A DNA stretch of 64,000 bases from a virus (Duplodnaviria; Caudoviricetes), in the IMG/VR virus record IMGVR_UViG_3300042154_002208. One strand, 5' to 3'. The stretch's first letter is position 1. Every line of letters begins with the position of its first letter. This document shows positions 8,824-17,133 of the stretch, piece after piece. The notes under the pieces are model-generated. The model was not told where the DNA came from and ran no database searches. It worked only from the letters and a program-made list of their open reading frames with translations. Both the position numbers and the translations under genes were made by a program.

Positions 8824-9711
8824 ATGATTGTTGTTGATTACAGCCAAACGGCTATTTCAAATTTGATGGCAGAAATTGGCGGTAGAAAAGATATTGAAAT
8901 TCAAGTGCCACTATTGCGTCACATGATTTTAAATTCAATTCGAGGTTACAAACAAAAATTCGGAAAAGAATATGGGCAGTTGGTTATTGCCGTAGACAAT
9001 AGAAATTATTGGAGGAGACAAGAATTCCAATATTACAAAGCTGGCCGCAAAAAAGCTCGTGAGGATTCTGGTCTAGATTGGAAAACAATCTTTGAGGCTC
9101 TTGATCTAATCAGAAATGAGATCGATAAGTTTTTCCCCTATAAGGTTGTTAACGTCGATGGCGCAGAAGCAGATGACGTTATTGCAGTTTTAGCAGAGTG
9201 GTCTCAGACAAATGATTTTGCCGGTGGTGGAGTATTTGAAGATGATCCTAAACCGTTTCTAATTGTTTCCGGTGATCATGATTTCATTCAACTTCAAAAG
9301 TTTAAGAATGTCAAACAATTTTCCCCGGTACAAAAGAAATATGTTAAACCTGAGATGTCACCTAAACAGTACATCTTTGAACATACAATTAAAGGCGATA
9401 AGGGGGACGGAGTACCTAACGTATTGTCAGCGGATGATAGTATTGTTGCAGGTGAACGACAAAAACCAATTACAACTAAAAAATTAGAAGTGTGGTATAA
9501 AGATGCAACTACCATGCCGCAGGATGATGAATTTAAAAATAGATTTGAGCGCAATCGCAAATTGGTTGACTTTACCTGCATCCCAGAAGAGATTAAAAAT
9601 TCTATTATAAATAACTACACAGGTCAGCCTGATAAAAACAAGAGTATGCTTTTGAACTTTTTCATTGAGCATAAAATGAAGAATATGTTGGAATTAATTG
9701 AGGAGTTCTGA
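8824..9711 (+). CDS. rnh: T4-type RNase H / 5'-3' exonuclease
   Basis: IVVDYSQ, EADDVIA, SGDHDFIQL and KGDKGDGVPN motifs. Confidence 0.92.
   Translation: MIVVDYSQTAISNLMAEIGGRKDIEIQVPLLRHMILNSIRGYKQKFGKEYGQLVIAVDNRNYWRRQEFQYYKAGRKKAREDSGLDWKTIFEALDLIRNEIDKFFPYKVVNVDGAEADDVIAVLAEWSQTNDFAGGGVFEDDPKPFLIVSGDHDFIQLQKFKNVKQFSPVQKKYVKPEMSPKQYIFEHTIKGDKGDGVPNVLSADDSIVAGERQKPITTKKLEVWYKDATTMPQDDEFKNRFERNRKLVDFTCIPEEIKNSIINNYTGQPDKNKSMLLNFFIEHKMKNMLELIEEF
9606..9613 (+). promoter_or_regulatory. candidate T4 late promoter inside rnh
   Basis: Exact TATAAATA about 100 nt upstream of ORF 9711; could be chance in AT-rich DNA. Confidence 0.35.
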
Positions 9712-10223
9712 TGCGAACAACTATACCACAAATTTTCGAGGAAGTCGAAAAAACAAACGGCAAAGATAAAAAGATTGCTGTATTACGATCATACCATAGC
9801 CCACAGCTTGAGGGTGTTCTACAAATCAATTTTAACTCAGATGTTAAATTAGATTTACCAGAGGGTGAGCCACCATTCAAGAAAGATGAGAAAATTCCAA
9901 TTGGATATTCTGAAACAAACTTGTATGCAGAATTTAGACGTATGTATATTTGGCTAGAACCAAATATTAACCTATCCAAAATTAAAAAAGAACAACTGTT
10001 TGTTCAGATGCTTGAAGGTATTCATTGGACAGAGTCTGAAGTAATATGTTTAGCTAAAGATAAGGCTCTTGAAACTAGATATAAGACACTTACTGAAGAT
10101 TTAGTTAGAGAAGCATTTCCGAATATTCTTCCTCCTGCTAAACCAAAAACTGTTGTGGATATTATCCCAGTTCTCAAGAAAGAATCAAAAGCAAAAAAAG
10201 CCGCAGTCTCTTTGAAAGATTGA
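9711..10223 (+). CDS. conserved T4-like hypothetical protein (rnh-associated)
   Basis: LPEGEPPF...QLFVQMLEGIH pattern; SD GAGGAG. Confidence 0.75.
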   Translation: MRTTIPQIFEEVEKTNGKDKKIAVLRSYHSPQLEGVLQINFNSDVKLDLPEGEPPFKKDEKIPIGYSETNLYAEFRRMYIWLEPNINLSKIKKEQLFVQMLEGIHWTESEVICLAKDKALETRYKTLTEDLVREAFPNILPPAKPKTVVDIIPVLKKESKAKKAAVSLKD

Positions 10224-10343
10224 CTAGGTTCTTCAAACGAGACGAACCCGAACCAGTCGTAAGTAATTGGTTAGTTTCGGATGATATGCCAGATGACCCA
10301 ATGTATGACAGTAGAACGGTAAACCACCACAAATATCGAGCAT

Positions 10344-10372
10344 TTGACAAATATTGAAAAAGATGTTATAAT
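10344..10372 (+). promoter_or_regulatory. sigma70-type promoter
   Basis: TTGACA-17bp-TATAAT, TGT extension. Confidence 0.85.
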
Positions 10373-10391
10373 ATAGTATGGGAGATTTAGT

Positions 10392-10787
10392 ATGACAATG
10401 CACATCGTTGGACCCTGGTTATCTACAACCGGAAAAAAGAAATCAAAAGTTAAATTTAAAAGTGCAGACGCGGCACGTAATGCTCGAGATCTTGCACAGG
10501 AGTGGTCTTCTATGAAAAAGAAGTGGGGCGTTGAGATTGATGATACAAAACGCAAACGTGCAATGGCGGCCGAGATATATTCCCCTCCGGTATCTTCTAA
10601 TCCCCGAGGCGTTACACATAAAAATATTCAAAGTTTAAATGATAAAATAACAGGTGCGGTTTCTAGCAAGCCAGCATCCGTGTATACTGGAACAAAGGTT
10701 CTAGGTATTGGTACAATGCACAAGTCTAATGCTGTCCCTATCTTTAGTGATGACGAGGCAAAAGAAATTTCTACAATGAGGCGATAA
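10392..10787 (+). CDS. conserved phage hypothetical protein
   Basis: SD GGAG; C-terminal YTGTKVLGIGTMHKSNAVPIF motif. Confidence 0.75.
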   Translation: MTMHIVGPWLSTTGKKKSKVKFKSADAARNARDLAQEWSSMKKKWGVEIDDTKRKRAMAAEIYSPPVSSNPRGVTHKNIQSLNDKITGAVSSKPASVYTGTKVLGIGTMHKSNAVPIFSDDEAKEISTMRR

Positions 10788-11560
10788 TGAAAAAAATAGT
10801 TTTAGTCACAGGCGGATTTGATCCTGTGCATTCTGGGCATATTGCATATTTTAAAGCAGCCAAAAAGTTAGGAGACTACTTGGTTGTAGGCGTAAACTCT
10901 GACGCATGGCTAACACGTAAGAAAGGCGCACCGTTTATGCCAGTATGGGAGCGGGTTGCTTTATTACAAGAATTTAAATGTATCGATCAGGTTGTATTCT
11001 TTGATGATAATGCAGATGCTGACGGAAGCGCCAAACACTTTATAAAAGAAACATTAGATATCTGGCCAGACTCTGAGGTTATCTTTGCTAATGGTGGGGA
11101 TAGAACTGATAAGAATATTCCAGAAATGGATATACAAAATCCTCGTCTAAGTTTTGCGTTTGGCGTAGGTGGTGAAGATAAAAAGAATTCTAGCTCTTGG
11201 ATTTTGCAAGAATGGAAAGCTCCTAAGACCTCGCGCGCGTGGGGATATTATCGTGTTCTACATGAACAAGGTAAAGATGTTAAAGTAAAAGAATTAACGG
11301 TTGCTCCTGGCAAATGTTTAAGTATGCAACGACATAAAGATCGAAGCGAGCATTGGTTTGTATCAGAAGGAACCGCTACGGTTTATACGTTAAATTGTAG
11401 CACAGATGTTGAACTAATTGGAACATTCAATAAATTTGAAAATCTCCATATTGGTAAAACAGAGTGGCATCAGCTTTGTAATGAAACTGAGTCACCATTG
11501 AAGATTGTCGAAATCCAGTATGGCGACAATTGTATTGAAGATGATATTGAAAGGAAATAA
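10787..11560 (+). CDS. cytidylyltransferase-like (HIGH motif) domain fused to a mannose-6-phosphate isomerase-type cupin
   Basis: TGGFDPVHSGH and FANGGDR; C-terminal WGYYRVL...SMQRH..RSEHW. Confidence 0.85.
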   Translation: MKKIVLVTGGFDPVHSGHIAYFKAAKKLGDYLVVGVNSDAWLTRKKGAPFMPVWERVALLQEFKCIDQVVFFDDNADADGSAKHFIKETLDIWPDSEVIFANGGDRTDKNIPEMDIQNPRLSFAFGVGGEDKKNSSSWILQEWKAPKTSRAWGYYRVLHEQGKDVKVKELTVAPGKCLSMQRHKDRSEHWFVSEGTATVYTLNCSTDVELIGTFNKFENLHIGKTEWHQLCNETESPLKIVEIQYGDNCIEDDIERK

Positions 11561-11563
11561 ATT

Positions 11564-11836
11564 ATGGCAGGTATCCCATCCAGTCCAACGGATCGTAAAG
11601 CAATTCTTGATTGTATGAAAGAACTATCGGCGAGCATGACTCGTACTGAAGGTGAACGTGAGTTTCAGCGAGAAGCAATTAAAGAGTTATGTGACAATCT
11701 AGAACTTAGCAAAAAGACATTTCGTCGTATGGCTAAGGTATATCACAAACAAAATTTTACCAAAGAAATTGAAGAACATGAAGAATTTGAAACAATGTAT
11801 GAGACCATTACAAATTCTACAAGAATGTCTGCATAA
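11564..11836 (+). CDS. dsbA: T4 DsbA-like double-stranded DNA-binding protein
   Basis: Size and the FRRMAKVYHKQNF pattern match T4-like DsbA. Confidence 0.7.
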   Translation: MAGIPSSPTDRKAILDCMKELSASMTRTEGEREFQREAIKELCDNLELSKKTFRRMAKVYHKQNFTKEIEEHEEFETMYETITNSTRMSA

Positions 11837-11837
11837 T

Positions 11838-12026
11838 ATGAAAAACTTGTATATTTTAGAAGCTGAATGGCGAGACACTATTGGTCGTACTCGAAAACAA
11901 GATATTATTGGTGTTTATGATGATATCGAAAAATTAGAAAAAGCCAAACAAGCGGTTGAAGATACTCCTCATAAGTATACAAGTATTACTTACAAAATCA
12001 ACACCGAAATGCGACCATTTGCTTAA
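11838..12026 (+). CDS. hypothetical protein
   Basis: ATG 1 nt after the dsbA stop. Confidence 0.6.
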   Translation: MKNLYILEAEWRDTIGRTRKQDIIGVYDDIEKLEKAKQAVEDTPHKYTSITYKINTEMRPFA

Positions 12027-12045
12027 AAAATGAGCACTTTTATGC

Positions 12046-12074
12046 TTGACACTAATCGAAAAAGGTGTTATAAT
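12046..12074 (+). promoter_or_regulatory. sigma70-type promoter
   Basis: TTGACA-17bp-TATAAT, TGT extension. Confidence 0.85.
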
Positions 12075-12097
12075 AAAGTATATGAAGAAAGGCTAAT

Positions 12098-13432
12098 ATG
12101 ACAACGGTATATGATATTTTAGATCAACTTGCATCCGACAATTCTCGCTTGGCTAAAGAAGCTATTCTTACAACCAATAAGAATAATGCTGACCTACAAG
12201 AAGCGTTTCGAATTGCTCTAGATCCTCTTATCAGTTATTATATTCGCAAAATTCCAGCATACACCAAACAAGCCAAAGGCAAAAAATCTTTAACTTGGGC
12301 AATGCAAGAACTACTTAATGAATTTGCAACCCGCAATTTTACGGGAAATGCAGCAATTGAACATCTAACCTTTGTATTGGAGTCAGTGAATGAAAAAGAT
12401 GCCAGCGTTATTGAGCGTATCATCAAGCAAGACCTTCGTTGTGGAGTCAGTGAAGCGACCGCAAACAAAATCTGGCCCAAGCTTATCTCAACATACCCGG
12501 TTATGTTGGCTTCTGGATTCGACCAAAAGCTTGTCGACAAAATTAAATTCCCGGCATATTGCCAATTAAAATTAGATGGCATGCGTTTTAACGCAATCGT
12601 TCGTAATGGTACAGTAGAATACAGGAGCCGTAATGGTAAAGAACTTAATATTCCAAGTAAGCTATTTAGCGATGCTTTACTCAAATTGGCTTCTTATTAC
12701 GGTGCCAATTATGTTTTTGATGGCGAGCTATTAGTTGTAGATTCTGCAGGAAAACCGCTTGATCGCAAAACCGGCAACGGCATCTTAAGTAAAGGTGTTA
12801 AGGGCACGATGTCAGAAACAGAAGCAAGTTCTGTTCGTGTAACATTGTGGGATGCTATTCCATATGATGATTTTAAAATTGGTAAATTTACCACACCGTA
12901 TGTAGATAGATTTCAATTTTTAGTTAAACGCGTTATTAATCTAAAAACATCAAATAAAGCATTAGGTGCATTGATTGATTGTGTTTGGACTAAAGAAGTT
13001 GATAATCAATTTGAAGCACAAACGATTTTTGAGAAATTCTTAGCAGAAGGTCAAGAAGGTACTATTCTTAAATCTAAAACAAACATCTGGGAAGATAAAC
13101 GCTCTAAGGAGCAAATTAAATTCAAAGGTGAATTGGAATGTGATCTTGTTGTTGTTGATTGGGAAGAAGGTACAGGCAAAAATGTTGGTAGGTTAGGAGC
13201 ATTGGTTTGTGAGTCATCTGACGGATTAATTCAAGTTAATGTAGGGTCAGGATATTCCGATGAACAACGTAAAGAATTTACCAAACAAGCTGTACTTGGA
13301 AAAGTTGTAACTGTTAAATATAACGCACGCATTAAAGATCGCGGAGACGGCGTAGAACGTCTATTCTTGCCTACATTTATTGAAATGCGTGAAGATAAAG
13401 ATGTAGCAGATTCGAGCAAAAAAATAAAATGA
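12098..13432 (+). CDS. lig: ATP-dependent DNA ligase (gp30)
   Basis: KLDGMR motif I, FDGEL, EGTILK motif IV, OB-fold VNVGSG and RLFLPTFIEMREDK motif VI. Confidence 0.95.
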   Translation: MTTVYDILDQLASDNSRLAKEAILTTNKNNADLQEAFRIALDPLISYYIRKIPAYTKQAKGKKSLTWAMQELLNEFATRNFTGNAAIEHLTFVLESVNEKDASVIERIIKQDLRCGVSEATANKIWPKLISTYPVMLASGFDQKLVDKIKFPAYCQLKLDGMRFNAIVRNGTVEYRSRNGKELNIPSKLFSDALLKLASYYGANYVFDGELLVVDSAGKPLDRKTGNGILSKGVKGTMSETEASSVRVTLWDAIPYDDFKIGKFTTPYVDRFQFLVKRVINLKTSNKALGALIDCVWTKEVDNQFEAQTIFEKFLAEGQEGTILKSKTNIWEDKRSKEQIKFKGELECDLVVVDWEEGTGKNVGRLGALVCESSDGLIQVNVGSGYSDEQRKEFTKQAVLGKVVTVKYNARIKDRGDGVERLFLPTFIEMREDKDVADSSKKIK

Positions 13433-13677
13433 GTAAAATAACAAGTACGGAAATAAATAATACTCTATATAATAGAAAATATGGAATAATTGAATATGAT
13501 CGTAAACTTGAAAGATTTGAAAACGAAAAACTAAAAGAAGCTACGGAACAAGCACGACGCATTCTTGCAATTCAATTAATGAAAGAAATCGAAAAAATAC
13601 GAGAGTATGAACGTATTAGACAAAAGAAACAATTCGAGATTCATCAAAGAGGTTCTAATATTGATACTTATACATGA
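13429..13677 (+). CDS. hypothetical charged protein
   Basis: 82-aa ORF, ATGA overlap. Confidence 0.6.
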   Translation: MSKITSTEINNTLYNRKYGIIEYDRKLERFENEKLKEATEQARRILAIQLMKEIEKIREYERIRQKKQFEIHQRGSNIDTYT

Positions 13678-13683
13678 AAAACT

Positions 13684-13712
13684 TTGACTTGTTCGGCAAT
13701 TTGTTTTATAAT
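13684..13712 (+). promoter_or_regulatory. sigma70-type promoter
   Basis: TTGACT-17bp-TATAAT. Confidence 0.75.
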
Positions 13713-13789
13713 AAAGATGACGCAATATTTTTATTTGTAGTAGTATTATTTGAGATTGCCTTTGTTGTTTTTGCCATATACTGTTTATT

Positions 13790-14332
13790 ATGAATATTTT
13801 TTATCTACACAATGACCCTAAAATTTGTGCCGAGCTACACAACGACAAACACGTCGTTAAAATGATACTTGAATATGCTCAACTTCTTTCTACTGCTCAT
13901 CGTGTTCTTGATGGTGTTCAATCTGTGGGTGTCAGTAAAACTAATCGAAAACAAACCAGGTATGTTATTTCCGATGAGCGTGAATATACTTTGTACCGTT
14001 CTACTCATACTAATCATCCTTCAGCGATTTGGGTAAGACAATCCTATGAAAATTATGAATGGCTATATAAGCTATTCATTGCAGTATTAGAAGAATACAC
14101 GTATCGATATGGTAGAACACACGCAACTGCTCGATTAGTAGATGCATTGTATAAGCCGCCTACTAATATTCCAAAAGGCGTAGGATTCACTGAACCCACT
14201 CCGGCAATGCCAGATGAGTATAAGGTATCCGGTAATTCCGTCAGATCATATATAAATTATTACCTGGGTGCAAAGCAGCATCTAGCATCTTGGAAAAAAC
14301 GACAAATACCTGAATGGTTTACATATGCCTAG
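13790..14332 (+). CDS. denV: pyrimidine dimer DNA glycosylase / endonuclease V family (DenV-like)
   Basis: MNIFYL...DKHVVKMILEYAQLLSTAH...HTNHPSAIW. Confidence 0.85.
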   Translation: MNIFYLHNDPKICAELHNDKHVVKMILEYAQLLSTAHRVLDGVQSVGVSKTNRKQTRYVISDEREYTLYRSTHTNHPSAIWVRQSYENYEWLYKLFIAVLEEYTYRYGRTHATARLVDALYKPPTNIPKGVGFTEPTPAMPDEYKVSGNSVRSYINYYLGAKQHLASWKKRQIPEWFTYA

Positions 14333-14582
14333 TTATACATTAAAATGCAACGATTGTGAGACAGTATTCGACGTGCTATGTCGTTATGATGTTCGTCCAG
14401 AACAACAATGCCCATCCTGCAAATCAACAAATCACGAAAACATCATCACAGGTGCTCCTGCACTAGGTGACGCCGTTCGTCTCGGTATCACTCAACCTGA
14501 TGGTGGTTTTAAAGAAGTCTTGTCTAAGATACACTCTAATAATTATAAGAGTAACTTGGCAGACAAATTAAGTAGACGATAA
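14325..14582 (+). CDS. FmdB-family zinc-ribbon protein
   Basis: MPSYTLKCNDC...CPSC (two CxxC pairs). Confidence 0.8.
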   Translation: MPSYTLKCNDCETVFDVLCRYDVRPEQQCPSCKSTNHENIITGAPALGDAVRLGITQPDGGFKEVLSKIHSNNYKSNLADKLSRR

Positions 14583-14608
14583 AATGTTTCAATTCAATTT
14601 TTTACCTG

Positions 14609-14650
14609 AGGGGGCAATAGCACGGTAGGCTAATGTCCTTTCTTTTTCTT
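14609..14650 (+). terminator. intrinsic terminator-like hairpin in the phoH leader
   Basis: AGGGGGCAATAGC / GCTAATGTCCTTT stem (G-U pairs, one mismatch), 7-nt loop, followed by CTTTTTCTT. Confidence 0.6.
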
Positions 14651-14662
14651 AAGAGGGTATAC

Positions 14663-15415
14663 ATGGCAAAGTCTAAAAATAATCTTCAATTGCAGCCAAC
14701 TCATCCACCGCTCAATTTAGTTGTTAATAACAAACTAAAAATGAGATTAGATGATATGAAAACAATTGATCCATTGACAGACAACCAGCGGCGAGTCTTT
14801 GATGCATATGATAATTCTAAAATCATGTTGCTTCATGGGGTAGCCGGGACAGGAAAAACATTCATAGCGCTCTATCACGCATTGGAGGAAGTATTAGATA
14901 AATCAAATCCATATCGACAAGTAATAATCGTTCGATCAGCTGTTCCTAGCAGAGAAATCGGACATCTACCGGGAGATGAAAAAGAAAAAACAGAAGTGTA
15001 TACTGAACCGTACGTTGGCATTTGTGAAGACTTATTTGGTCGTAGCGATGCATATCAAAGACTGTCAGAACAAGGTGCAGTAAAGTTTTTAATTACGTCG
15101 TTTGTCAGAGGCATTACTCTAGATGATTCTATTATCGTTGTAGATGAATGTCAGAATATGACGGATATGGAACTTAATTCAATTATGACTCGCGTAGGAG
15201 AGCGGTCAAAAATTATATTTTGCGGCGATTTTCGCCAAACGGATTTGTATAGAAAAACCGATATGTCTGGACTAAAAAAATTCATGGCAATTGCCGACCT
15301 TATGCCCTCTTTTAAGGTCTTCGAATTTGGTGTAGATGATATCGTTAGATCAAAACTTGTTAAGGAGTATATTCTTGCTAGATTAGACTACGAAAGTAGA
15401 CACATCGTTCATTAA
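14663..15415 (+). CDS. phoH: PhoH-like ATPase
   Basis: Walker A GVAGTGKT, RGITLD, Walker B VVDECQN, IFCGDFRQTDL; SD GAGGG before ATG 14663. Confidence 0.93.
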   Translation: MAKSKNNLQLQPTHPPLNLVVNNKLKMRLDDMKTIDPLTDNQRRVFDAYDNSKIMLLHGVAGTGKTFIALYHALEEVLDKSNPYRQVIIVRSAVPSREIGHLPGDEKEKTEVYTEPYVGICEDLFGRSDAYQRLSEQGAVKFLITSFVRGITLDDSIIVVDECQNMTDMELNSIMTRVGERSKIIFCGDFRQTDLYRKTDMSGLKKFMAIADLMPSFKVFEFGVDDIVRSKLVKEYILARLDYESRHIVH

Positions 15416-15423
15416 TATAAATA
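15416..15423 (+). promoter_or_regulatory. T4 late promoter
   Basis: Exact TATAAATA, intergenic, upstream of the secreted protein and endolysin. Confidence 0.75.
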
Positions 15424-15454
15424 AAAGAGTCGAGCTAATAATTCGACTCTTTTT
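15423..15454 (+). terminator. intrinsic terminator after phoH
   Basis: AAAAGAGTCGA / TCGACTCTTTT 11-bp stem with T-tract. Confidence 0.8.
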
Positions 15455-15471
15455 CATCCAAGGAAACCAAA

Positions 15472-15774
15472 ATGAAAAAACTTCTAATTCTTATTACTTT
15501 ATTATTTTCAGCAACTGCATCAGCGCAATATATGCATTGGCAGTCTAGATACACCCCATATTATAGTGGGGGAGGTAGCGGATGGATTGCTCCTGTGATT
15601 ATAGGAGGTGTAATTGGGTATAGTATTAATAGAGCACAACAACCCAATACAATTATAATTCAACAGTCGCAACCTAGTGTAACTGTAGAAAACAATATGG
15701 AATGTTCTGCTTGGAGAGAAACACAACAACCTGATGGCACAATAAAACGAGAAAGAATTTGCTATCAACGATAA
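15472..15774 (+). CDS. secreted/periplasmic protein with signal peptide
   Basis: MKKLLILITLLFSATASA signal (AxA), central hydrophobic Gly-rich segment, two Cys near the C-terminus. Confidence 0.7.
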   Translation: MKKLLILITLLFSATASAQYMHWQSRYTPYYSGGGSGWIAPVIIGGVIGYSINRAQQPNTIIIQQSQPSVTVENNMECSAWRETQQPDGTIKRERICYQR

Positions 15775-15786
15775 AGGAAAATAAAA

Positions 15787-16425
15787 ATGTCTGATGGATT
15801 TGATTTCGATTTTAATTTAGAAAAAGTACAGCATTTATTGCCAAGAGTTAAAAATCACCAAGAATGGTATGACTCTATGGTAGAAACATTGCCGCAATAT
15901 GGTATTAACGATATCGCGCGCGTATCCGCATTTATTGCACAATGTGCTCATGAATCAGGCGGATTTGCAGTTATGCAAGAAAATCTAAACTATAGTGCAG
16001 ATGGCCTACAAAAGATATTTGGTAAGTATTTCCCGAATCCTCAAATTGCAGCACAATATGCAAGACAACCTGAAAAGATTGCTAATAGAGTTTATGCAAA
16101 TAGAATGGGTAACGGGGATGAAGCAAGCGGAGAAGGTTGGAAGTTTAGAGGTCGCGGACTAATTCAATTGACAGGTAAACATAATTACACAAAATGTTCC
16201 GAGGCATTTTTTGAAGACCACACCCTATTAGATAAACCCGATATTTTAGTTCAACCTTACTATGCTTTAAATTCAGCATGCTGGTTCTGGAATGCTAATA
16301 ATTTAAATGTGCTTGCTGATGCGCAAGATATTAAAATGATGACAAAGAAAATCAATGGTGGATTTATTGGTCTTGAAGATAGACTTAAACACTACAATCA
16401 CGCAGTCGAAATATTACAGGAATAA
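15787..16425 (+). CDS. glycoside hydrolase family 19 endolysin
   Basis: FIAQCAHESGGF, YANRMGNG, FRGRGLIQLTGK and TKKINGG motifs. Confidence 0.92.
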   Translation: MSDGFDFDFNLEKVQHLLPRVKNHQEWYDSMVETLPQYGINDIARVSAFIAQCAHESGGFAVMQENLNYSADGLQKIFGKYFPNPQIAAQYARQPEKIANRVYANRMGNGDEASGEGWKFRGRGLIQLTGKHNYTKCSEAFFEDHTLLDKPDILVQPYYALNSACWFWNANNLNVLADAQDIKMMTKKINGGFIGLEDRLKHYNHAVEILQE

Positions 16426-16427
16426 GA

Positions 16428-17102
16428 ATGATCTATAATCATGTTAAGGTGAAAGAATTTGAGGAACTGGAACAAGTTACTCGAGAAGATGGAGTAAGAT
16501 TTTACGCAACACCCAAAGGTAAAAAATATCCTTCGGTGACTACTGTTTTATCAGCGCATGGTAAACAAGGATTAATGGAATGGCGTAAAAGAGTAGGTGA
16601 AGAACAAGCAAATAAAATTTCAAGCGCTGCCGCAAGACGTGGCACTAAAATGCACTTGCATTGTGAAAATTATCTTAATAATGTCAATGTGCTAGATACA
16701 ATTCCAGTATTTCAAAAAGAATTGTTTGAAAGTATTATCCCATATCTACATAAAATTAATAATGTTCATGTTCAAGAACAAAGATTATATTCTGACCATT
16801 TAAGATTGGCAGGAACTGTAGATTGTGTTGCCGAATATGAAGGTCGCTTAGCAATCATAGATTATAAAACATCTAGCAGACGAAAAGCTAAAGAACACAT
16901 TCATAATTATTTTATGCAGTGTGCTGCATATGCAGTTATGTATGAAGAACGAACAGGTACACCTGTAAGCAAATTAGTTATTATTATGGCAGTCGAAGAC
17001 GATGAACCTCAAGTATTTGTCGAAAAACGAGATAATTGGGTAACCAAATTATTGGAGTACAGAGATTTGTACGAAAAGGACAAACAACTTTTGACTTCTT
17101 AA
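16428..17102 (+). CDS. PD-(D/E)XK Cas4-like exonuclease
   Basis: YPSVTTVL, RGTKMH, LAGTVDCV, IIDYKTS, YFMQCAAYA. Confidence 0.88.
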   Translation: MIYNHVKVKEFEELEQVTREDGVRFYATPKGKKYPSVTTVLSAHGKQGLMEWRKRVGEEQANKISSAAARRGTKMHLHCENYLNNVNVLDTIPVFQKELFESIIPYLHKINNVHVQEQRLYSDHLRLAGTVDCVAEYEGRLAIIDYKTSSRRKAKEHIHNYFMQCAAYAVMYEERTGTPVSKLVIIMAVEDDEPQVFVEKRDNWVTKLLEYRDLYEKDKQLLTS

Positions 17103-17119
17103 ACAAAAGGCATTATAAT
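17091..17119 (+). promoter_or_regulatory. sigma70 promoter of the tmRNA gene
   Basis: TTGACT(17091-96)-17bp-TATAAT(17114-19); predicted start near 17126. Confidence 0.85.
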
Positions 17120-17133
17120 AGAGTTATTGCTGT

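Noticed and set aside
14633-14662. ORF-track start of phoH at 14633
   Set aside because: That ATG lies inside the terminator-like stem without an SD; ATG 14663 has GAGGG and gives a typical N-terminus.
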